Below are positions 17,069 to 22,717 of a stretch of DNA of 22,717 bases, in pieces. Position numbers and translations under genes: made by a program. The stretch comes from a virus (Duplodnaviria; Heunggongvirae; Uroviricota; Caudoviricetes), in the IMG/VR virus record IMGVR_UViG_3300015214_000028, positions 64,001 to 86,717 of that record. One strand, written 5' to 3'. The notes under the pieces were generated by a model. It had not been told where the DNA came from and ran no database searches. It was given only the letters and a program-made list of their open reading frames with translations. Positions within the stretch are counted from its first letter, which is position 1, and every line of letters begins with the position of its first letter.

Positions 17069-17303
17069 TCTTTGTTTCCTTACAAAGTTCGCAGCCCCGG
17101 GCTACGTCGTTTAGATGAGAAGCTTTACAGTGCTGCTCTTCTTTGAATAGTTTCAAGAAAAACCAATCAATAAATTTTTGAGTACGTATACGATTATACC
17201 TATACGCATCCCCGCTTACCGAATGATTTGGTTCTCCATTATAGAATAGCACATTAAAAAATTGACTTGAGGCATCCGCCAATCTAAAAAGTCTAGACTT
17301 CAT
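17055..17303 (-). CDS. Small conserved phage protein of tail-fibre loci (N..G.P...VSG...ID.FF...HC motif), 82 aa
   Basis: SQFFNVLFYNGEPNHSVSGDAY...FIDWFF...QHC resembles a family I recall next to fibre genes; function unknown. Confidence 0.6.
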   Translation of the reverse strand: MKSRLFRLADASSQFFNVLFYNGEPNHSVSGDAYRYNRIRTQKFIDWFFLKLFKEEQHCKASHLNDVARGCELCKETKNDNL

Positions 17304-17865
17304 TTGGCCACTCTAGCGTTGGTAATTCCGTCTCAATATCCGCAATGCTTAGAGGTAAAGGTCTTGTACCCTCTAGAACTTCGTCTAATAATTCGTACAT
17401 TTTTGTCCATGTTGCATCTCTAGCAGATAGGCAGTAAGCAGCCTCTGCTGCAAACTTTGGATTTGTAGAGGAAGCATAAGTAGTTGCAGATAAAATTCCA
17501 TCGTAGTCCCTAGTTTTAGCAAAGTCATCGAGCCGTTTTTGAACTTGTGCTGTAATTTTTGATTTAAGGCCCTGTTGTTTTGCTAAAAGTTCTCCTTCGG
17601 TTGAAGGCCTAACAACCCAAGTTTCTACCCAGTGCAGGGAGTTTTCATTGTATGCTGGTTGCCCGGCCTCTACTTCCTCGTCAAATTCTGCTGTAGGCTT
17701 TTCAGTTTCTTCAACTTGAAAAATACCCACTTCATTGAGTAAGTACCCCGGGGTTTCCTCTAAACTGTTATATTTTGAGCTTGTCTGAGGAAAATCTAAA
17801 AAATACTCCTCATTCTCATAGGGAAATACTATATTTCCAGTAAAATTCAATCTTAAAAACTTCAT
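17293..17865 (-). CDS. Tail fibre assembly/chaperone-like protein, 190 aa
   Basis: C-terminal VQKRLDDFAKTRDYDGILSATTYASSTNPKFAAEA...RDATW...ELPTLEWP motif typical of fibre-associated proteins. Confidence 0.72.
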   Translation of the reverse strand: MKFLRLNFTGNIVFPYENEEYFLDFPQTSSKYNSLEETPGYLLNEVGIFQVEETEKPTAEFDEEVEAGQPAYNENSLHWVETWVVRPSTEGELLAKQQGLKSKITAQVQKRLDDFAKTRDYDGILSATTYASSTNPKFAAEAAYCLSARDATWTKMYELLDEVLEGTRPLPLSIADIETELPTLEWPNEV

Positions 17866-18365
17866 AATGTACTCGCTAATGTAAACAGATTGTTAAGATC
17901 TAAGTCAGTTAATCCTAGTTGTGCAGCTAATGCTTGTGTAAAAGTACTATCTCTATCAATAGTCTGGGCGTACTTCCATTCAATTTCTGCTGCAGCTTTT
18001 TGTACGGGGTCTTCAATACCCTGAATAGCTGCGTTGACTTGTGCTAAGTATCCTGCCTGTAATAAGGCTAGGCGACCCTGTCTCATTGTCACAGACCTAG
18101 GGATTCGCGCTTCTAGCTCTTCTTCTGTTAATGGTAGAATTTCCCAAGTTTGTTGAAGAGTATCAATATCGTAGCTCTCTATTACTTTATGAGTACTTGG
18201 AGTATAGCTAGGGGGCTCTACTTTAGCGATTAAAAAAATATTGAAGGGAGTTAAGTCCTCCTGAGTAATTGCAGCCGGAAAAGCAACATTACTCAATTCT
18301 CTTCTAACAGAGTACTCCGAAGAGTACTCTGTTATGGCACCTTGTTGAATTTTTATTGCATACAT
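17862..18365 (-). CDS. Tail fibre assembly/chaperone-like protein, 167 aa
   Basis: C-terminal PRSVTMRQGRLALLQAG...IEWKYAQTIDR...LGLT...LF motif common in fibre-linked genes. Confidence 0.72.
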   Translation of the reverse strand: MYAIKIQQGAITEYSSEYSVRRELSNVAFPAAITQEDLTPFNIFLIAKVEPPSYTPSTHKVIESYDIDTLQQTWEILPLTEEELEARIPRSVTMRQGRLALLQAGYLAQVNAAIQGIEDPVQKAAAEIEWKYAQTIDRDSTFTQALAAQLGLTDLDLNNLFTLASTL

Positions 18366-18661
18366 TATTTAAATTCAAGTTTTCCATTTTCTTTTAGGAG
18401 CTGAATATACTCGGCATACTCGCCCCCTCCTGGGCTAAAAGCTTTTGTGTAAAACGTATGTATGCTATTTGGGTTATCGTTCCAAGATTGCCTTACTGCA
18501 GCGTCGAATACTGAGTTAAACTCCTCCACAGCTAAAGCTTTAGTATCTAGTTGTTCTAACCAGTATTCATAGCCTTCTCTATCGATTTGATTCACGTCAT
18601 TCCCAATACTCCAGCGACCATACCGTCTATAGGCCTTTCTAATTAATTCATCGTTTGTCAT
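18365..18661 (-). CDS. Hypothetical protein, DUF4214-like helical repeat (98 aa)
   Basis: AYRRYGR...IDREGYEYWLEQL resembles the Y...GR..D..G..YW...L unit; SD AAGGAG; TAATG overlap with the next gene. Confidence 0.55.
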   Translation of the reverse strand: MTNDELIRKAYRRYGRWSIGNDVNQIDREGYEYWLEQLDTKALAVEEFNSVFDAAVRQSWNDNPNSIHTFYTKAFSPGGGEYAEYIQLLKENGKLEFK

Positions 18662-18691
18662 AATATAAACTCCTTATTACTGTATTCATAA

Positions 18692-20170
18692 ACTGTCCGC
18701 CCGCAGTTGCGCGAGGCTGGCGTTGTTTTGAGGCTTGGCGTAGTCCTTACGCTGCGTTGTAGGGGAACGATCGGCCCGGACCCCAGATGATTCGGACGGC
18801 GCCAGCTCCTCCTAACCCTAAACTACCGTCACTACCGCCAGATTGGCTGGCTCCAGCTCCTCCGCCCCCACCCCCGAAGCTGCCGCCGGGTCTGCCGTTT
18901 CCCCCGTGTGGCCATGATCCGGCAGTCCCATCCACCCCGGCCGTTCCTCCACTACCGCCACCTCCACCACTACCACTGCTGCCCCCTCCGGCGCCGGATG
19001 AGCCCTGTCCGTAGAGCCCGACTCCACCACCACCGCCGCCGCCACCATCGCTGCCGCCTCGTCGGCCACCAGCGCCACCACCGCCAGCCGGGGCGTTTGC
19101 ACCAGAGGAAGTCGAGCTTCCACTCCCGCCGTTGCCTGAGTACCCTCCTGCTCCCCCACCGCCGCCACCATTGCGGGAGGAGTAGGTCCCGCCGCTGCCA
19201 CCATTGCCGCCACCATCTCCTGCGAATCCAGCGCCTGCGAATCCAGAGTTCCCTCGGACCGTGGACGAGCTAATGAAGTAGCTGTCGGTCGGGCCAATGG
19301 AGACTGTCAGAGGATCTCCTGGAGTTACTGGAATGTCATTTTTCCAGCCAAGGGATCCGCCTCCGCCGCCGTCTCCCCCGCGACCCGCGCCGCCGCCGCC
19401 AGTGGCGCGGTAGCCGCTACGGCCAGCTCCAACCGCCACCGCGCACACCGAGTAAACCCCTGCGGGCACTGTGAACGTGTGCACCCCAGTTGTCGTATAG
19501 ACAGCCTCACCAGGCGGCGCTTCAGCCCTGCCAGATAGCAGCCCAAGCATCCACGGAGTCATCACACTCCCCTCTTCTGCGCCACGACGACGCCGTTCGA
19601 ACCACCGTCCGAAGTGATCCAGGTCAGCACCCACGTGCCGGCCGAAAGCGTCGGAGCCACACCTCCTGCCCAGGACCATCCGGCCGGCAGCGTCAGGGCC
19701 CCGCTCGTCCACGCAAGCTCGACGACGAACCCGAAAGCACGGCTGGCCGGTACGTTGCTGATCGTCGGCGTCCAAGCGCCGGACATGCTCTTCGTGAAGT
19801 ACGTGCCGAGCGCGCAGTCGATCGTCGTGCCGGCACCTACAGCCACCACGTTATGCTCGAGCGCGCCGTTGGCGTAGATCGACCCTGTCAAGGTCGGGCT
19901 GGCCGAAGGGGCCTTCGTATTCAGAGCATTCGTGAACTCCGTGACGATCTTCGCGAGCGTGTCGTAGGTTGAGGCAACCCCATCCCGGATTGCACTGAGA
20001 AAACTTGCTTGCTTGGCTGCATCGCTGGTGTTATCCACGTTGCCCAGACCTACGTCCTCCTTGACATGAGTATGGGAAACATTTGCTTTCCCAGACAGTG
20101 CACCACTCAGGCCAGTTACATCACTAATCCCGTGGTTATGCGCTGAGGGAGTAAACTCGGCCGGCTTTCC
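18692..20170. other. GC-rich horizontally acquired segment 2
   Basis: Hand counts: 58% GC at 18721-18780, 68% at 19081-19140 and 72% at 19681-19740, against 42% at 18601-18660 and 20221-20280. The left edge is sharp; the right edge is gradual (about 50% at 19981-20160). Confidence 0.75.
18747..19562 (-). CDS. Glycine-rich fibre-associated protein, 271 aa (true start is probably the ATG at 19562, not 19775)
   Basis: TGATG overlap with the upstream stop; GEAVYTTTGVHTFTVPAGVYSVCAVAVGAG...GGGGSLGWKNDIPVTPG...GGAGAVRIIWG.GRSFP is the typical glycine-rich domain framework. Confidence 0.82.
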   Translation of the reverse strand: MTPWMLGLLSGRAEAPPGEAVYTTTGVHTFTVPAGVYSVCAVAVGAGRSGYRATGGGGAGRGGDGGGGGSLGWKNDIPVTPGDPLTVSIGPTDSYFISSSTVRGNSGFAGAGFAGDGGGNGGSGGTYSSRNGGGGGGAGGYSGNGGSGSSTSSGANAPAGGGGAGGRRGGSDGGGGGGGGVGLYGQGSSGAGGGSSGSGGGGGSGGTAGVDGTAGSWPHGGNGRPGGSFGGGGGGAGASQSGGSDGSLGLGGAGAVRIIWGPGRSFPYNAA

Positions 20171-20293
20171 TGATACATTATCCCAAGAAATACTGTCTGC
20201 TAAAACTAATTGCCAACCTGTACCATTCCACTTCCAAGTCTTACCCTCGAAAGTGTATGTTTGATTGAGTGTTGGACTAGAAGGGAAGTTCAA
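19562..20293 (-). CDS. Short tail-fibre-like/adaptor protein, 243 aa (TTG start)
   Basis: N-terminal FPSSPTLNQTY...WKWNGTGW; fibre-shaft motifs WDNVSGKP, HNHGISDVTGL, HTH..EDVGLGNVDNTSD; C-terminal IDCALGTYFTK...W.GGVAPTL...T.DGG domain; SD AAGGAG. Confidence 0.8.
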   Translation of the reverse strand: MNFPSSPTLNQTYTFEGKTWKWNGTGWQLVLADSISWDNVSGKPAEFTPSAHNHGISDVTGLSGALSGKANVSHTHVKEDVGLGNVDNTSDAAKQASFLSAIRDGVASTYDTLAKIVTEFTNALNTKAPSASPTLTGSIYANGALEHNVVAVGAGTTIDCALGTYFTKSMSGAWTPTISNVPASRAFGFVVELAWTSGALTLPAGWSWAGGVAPTLSAGTWVLTWITSDGGSNGVVVAQKRGV

Positions 20294-20303
20294 TTATTTC
20301 TCC

Positions 20304-21176
20304 TTAAATTTGTTCCCAAGTGGAACCATTATACTTTTTGAGTTTCGCTGGCGTCCAGCTTCCCCCTAGATAAACTTTGATTGGATGGGTTTCCCATGCT
20401 GTGCCATTGTAGACTTTGACTTGTGTGCCTGTTGGTTCTGGTGCTGTTGGTAAAGAAAAAATCAGTTTTCTTTGGGGTTTAAGTATTGCAAAGGGATTTT
20501 TAGTTATTTCTGTTGCTTGGGCTAGAGTCATATGCTCTCCTCCTATACAAGCACCAAACACTAATCCCCCTTTGAATCCCAAGGGCGTTGCGAATCTCAT
20601 CATATTGGGAGTTACGTATGAACGAACACCTGTGGTCGCAGTAGTATCAGATTGTCCATTGACAATTATACTTAAACCCTCGCCAGACCGCAAAAATCCT
20701 CCGAGATTAACTGCCCCCCTATACGTGTAAGGTTCAAATTTTGTTGAATCTACTTGGAAATTATCCCCGTTTGAGAATTTATGTACTACTGAAACAGACC
20801 CCGTTGAATTAATGTATGATAATGCCAAAATAGACCACTGATCATCAGCCCTGAAGAACCCGCCTCCGTAGCCTGACCCTAAACTCTCAATATTAAATAC
20901 ACCGACTGTCATGAATCCACCGTTACGCTCGGCAGTAGTCAATGGTTGGTAATCAACGTCATAAACGCCATTGCTAGATGCGATTCCCACACCCACATCG
21001 CTAATGTATCTCAAATCATGTGTTTGTCGGTTGAACCTACCAACAATAGGAGAGATTGGATATGCTGCATTTGCGGCGGCGACTACTCTTACTCCCTGTA
21101 GCAAAGAACAATTATAATCAATATCAACCGGAACAGTTGGTTGCCTAGTCCAACGCCGCGCTAAGAAAATCGCCAT
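20304..21176 (-). CDS. Putative ConA/LamG-like lectin protein with a C-terminal triple (K-V-Y-x-G-x-x-W) repeat, 290 aa
   Basis: RRWTRQP.VPVDID N-terminus, beta-rich body ending EITKNPFAIL, then VKVYNGTAW / IKVYLGGSW / LKKYNGSTW. Confidence 0.6.
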   Translation of the reverse strand: MAIFLARRWTRQPTVPVDIDYNCSLLQGVRVVAAANAAYPISPIVGRFNRQTHDLRYISDVGVGIASSNGVYDVDYQPLTTAERNGGFMTVGVFNIESLGSGYGGGFFRADDQWSILALSYINSTGSVSVVHKFSNGDNFQVDSTKFEPYTYRGAVNLGGFLRSGEGLSIIVNGQSDTTATTGVRSYVTPNMMRFATPLGFKGGLVFGACIGGEHMTLAQATEITKNPFAILKPQRKLIFSLPTAPEPTGTQVKVYNGTAWETHPIKVYLGGSWTPAKLKKYNGSTWEQI

Positions 21177-21177
21177 A

Positions 21178-21360
21178 TCAAATTGCCCTCAAAATAACAA
21201 AGTCGCCACGACCAATCAAAGAATCAGAAGGCAAGTAGGTAGAATCAAACACCTGTGCAATTTCAACTGCAACCTTACCGGATTCACTAGGGACCAAAAG
21301 ACACACAGGCAAATCCTGTGGAAACTTTTGTAACTCTTTGATTAGTGTATCAATCGTCAT
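21178..21360 (-). CDS. Small hypothetical protein, 60 aa
   Basis: The MTIDTLIKELQKFPQDLPV start resembles a common small phage protein motif; ATGA overlap with the upstream gene. Confidence 0.55.
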   Translation of the reverse strand: MTIDTLIKELQKFPQDLPVCLLVPSESGKVAVEIAQVFDSTYLPSDSLIGRGDFVILRAI

Positions 21361-21809
21361 GCAATCGTATCCACACAGATAGCAGTAGTCACAGCGGCGG
21401 AAGTGACCGCAACACCCATATCATTCTTGAATACAAGTTTACTTTTTGCTGGTAAGCGACCCCCGAAAGCAGACGCCAATGAAAACAGTCTTCGATGAGT
21501 TGTTGCTGAACTATTCATTGGAACCACGCCAAGAAAGTACAAATCTGATTCGTCGGTTGCCGTAGTTCCTGACTCCGGACCACTTGAAAAGTCTGTACCA
21601 TCAATGGAACCCTTTGCGAACACAATGATTTGTTTGTTACCCGTGGGTGTGTTGGTTGTAGCAATCTCTACTTCAATCAAACGATCAGGTTCATTACTAA
21701 CAGTATGATCGATTTCTGCCGATGCAACATAGGTAGCCGCAGCCAGTGTGTTGAGACCAGTGACAGTAAGACTTGACGGGGTTAGAACCGATGGATTATA
21801 CGTTGCCAT
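21357..21809 (-). CDS. Hypothetical beta-sandwich virion protein, 150 aa
   Basis: Thr/Ser/Ala-rich, with S.DGTDF, YFLGVV and FSLASAFGG.LP motifs; overlaps both neighbours. Confidence 0.7.
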   Translation of the reverse strand: MATYNPSVLTPSSLTVTGLNTLAAATYVASAEIDHTVSNEPDRLIEVEIATTNTPTGNKQIIVFAKGSIDGTDFSSGPESGTTATDESDLYFLGVVPMNSSATTHRRLFSLASAFGGRLPAKSKLVFKNDMGVAVTSAAVTTAICVDTIA

Positions 21810-22296
21810 TCAAAGCCTCCGCTACCTGTGCTAAAGTAACTTGCGTATTTACGCCGAATAGTTGCTCCGCTCTTGAGCTTGACTGCATAGCTAAATTTTT
21901 TAAAGCAGCTGCTTCGGTACTAGTTAAAACACTGATATCTAGTAGCCCATCGATCATTGTTTGTGTATTTACATGTCCTAAATCTAACCCTTGCCCATCT
22001 GAATCAATAAATTTCATAGCCCATTTGGTAGCTAGTTTTAAGCCCTGAACTTCTTGCTCTTCATATACAGTATCGTCATTACCAAACTGAGAGAGCTTTT
22101 CTGCGATAATAGCCCCCAACACTCCTAGCTGAGCTAGGAGTGTTCGTACTGTGACATATTTCTCTTTTACTAATAATAGATTAGGTGCATTAAGTAACGA
22201 AACTACCCACCCCGGACTGCTAGGCAAATATTGAGCATAGCCTAGATTTAGAGGATCATTTAAAATTTCGTCTCTTAATTCTTGAATATTAACCAC
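21796..22296 (-). CDS. Hypothetical helical protein, 166 aa (GTG start)
   Basis: [15 protein letters not shown]...LLNA...SRAEQL motif; overlaps the collagen gene stop by 8 nt. Confidence 0.7.
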   Translation of the reverse strand: MVNIQELRDEILNDPLNLGYAQYLPSSPGWVVSLLNAPNLLLVKEKYVTVRTLLAQLGVLGAIIAEKLSQFGNDDTVYEEQEVQGLKLATKWAMKFIDSDGQGLDLGHVNTQTMIDGLLDISVLTSTEAAALKNLAMQSSSRAEQLFGVNTQVTLAQVAEALNGNV

Positions 22297-22717
22297 TAGT
22301 GTCTACCCAAATAAGCCCAGTGTCACTAGGCGCTGTGTTAGATACATATAACGAATTTGCAATTAAACCTGAAGGGCCTAACTCAACCCAAAGATTGTCT
22401 AAGTAAGTATACTCAATTCCAGTATCTGAGTCTACCCATCTATCTCCTGCTAAAGGACTACCAGGGGGACTCGCTGAGTAACTAAGAGTAAAATCTTGTC
22501 CGGTGGGCCCTGTGGGGCCTATTGGGCCTGTTGGTCCTATTGGACCTTGAATACCTTGAGAGCCTGTTGGACCTATTGGACCTTGAATACCTTCAGAGCC
22601 TGTAGGACCTTGGGGACCTGTAGGGCCTTGAGAGCCTGTTGGACCTTGGGGACCTGTAGGGCCTTGAATACCCTGAATACCTTGAGAGCCTGTTGGTCCT
22701 ATTGGACCTTGAATACC
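22289..22717 (-). CDS. Collagen-like fibre protein, C-terminal 142 aa (5' end beyond the window; absent from the ORF track)
   Basis: Hand translation from 22717: 24 uninterrupted Gly-X-Y triplets ([12 protein letters not shown]...), then [43 protein letters not shown]...[19 protein letters not shown], with stop TAA at 22291-22289. Confidence 0.92.
   Translation of the reverse strand, partial: GIQGPIGPTGSQGIQGIQGPTGPQGPTGSQGPTGPQGPTGSEGIQGPIGPTGSQGIQGPIGPTGPIGPTGPTGQDFTLSYSASPPGSPLAGDRWVDSDTGIEYTYLDNLWVELGPSGLIANSLYVSNTAPSDTGLIWVDTSG
22502..22717. repeat. Collagen-coding tandem repeats (9-nt period with 36-nt higher-order duplications)
   Basis: 22596-22631 and 22632-22667 are tandem 36-mers differing at 1 nt; 22527-22562 and 22563-22598 are tandem 36-mers differing at 2 nt, with a third partial copy at 22689-22717. 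Confidence 0.9.

Noticed and set aside
14778-18721. Similar motif CAGTT(GCGC)GAGGCTGGC just downstream of the last fibre gene in both GC segments (14778-14791 and 18704-18721)
   Set aside because: The longest exact match is 9 nt, expected many times by chance in 22 kb, and one copy is within coding sequence. It is worth revisiting only if both segments trace to one donor.
19563-19775. ORF-track N-terminal extension of the Gly-rich protein (342 aa)
   Set aside because: It overlaps the 3' end of the 243-aa gene in another frame and reads as Arg-rich nonsense; the TGATG-coupled ATG at 19562 gives a typical start.
18787-19972. Several overlapping alternative-frame ORFs (18787-19014, 18818-19297, 18908-19273, 19325-19546, 19490-19972)
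   Set aside because: They are shadows of GC-rich, Gly-codon-rich coding DNA (poly-Pro, Arg/His runs) with no recognisable motifs or ribosome-binding context.
22502-22717. 36-nt repeats considered as a CRISPR array
   Set aside because: The repeats are contiguous with no unique spacers and encode in-frame Gly-X-Y collagen.

Overview
The whole window is the virion-morphogenesis region of an AT-rich (about 32-42% GC in hand-counted 60-nt samples) long-tailed dsDNA phage (siphovirus). Every credible gene is on the minus strand, and most overlap or abut through ATGA/TAATG/TTGA junctions. In transcription order (22717 to 1): (i) an accessory fibre/adhesin array of at least 8 kb, with a collagen-like Gly-Pro-Thr protein cut by the window edge, lectin-like, glycine-rich and fibre-repeat proteins, two fibre chaperones and a 671-aa adhesin ending in an Mtd/DGR-target-type C-type-lectin domain. 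Two GC-rich segments (about 57-72% GC) are spliced into this array inside reading frames. (ii) A GT2+TPR glycosyltransferase. (iii) T5-like head completion, tail completion, tail terminator, tail tube and tail chaperone genes, with an internal consensus sigma70 promoter, an intrinsic terminator and a -1 frameshift site. (iv) A tape measure protein that is T5-like at its N-terminus and lambda-like at its C-terminus. (v) A lambda-type tail tip (M, L, K, I and the start of J) in which L carries a ~150-aa insertion and I an FN3-like extension. The best candidates for new biology are a phage-encoded collagen-fibre glycosylation system, a modular appendage array upstream of the head-completion gene, an orphan DGR-type target, and the T5/lambda hybrid tail. 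All homology calls come from my recall of family motifs; no searches were run. No tRNA, rRNA, CRISPR array, integrase, transposase or reverse transcriptase is visible.
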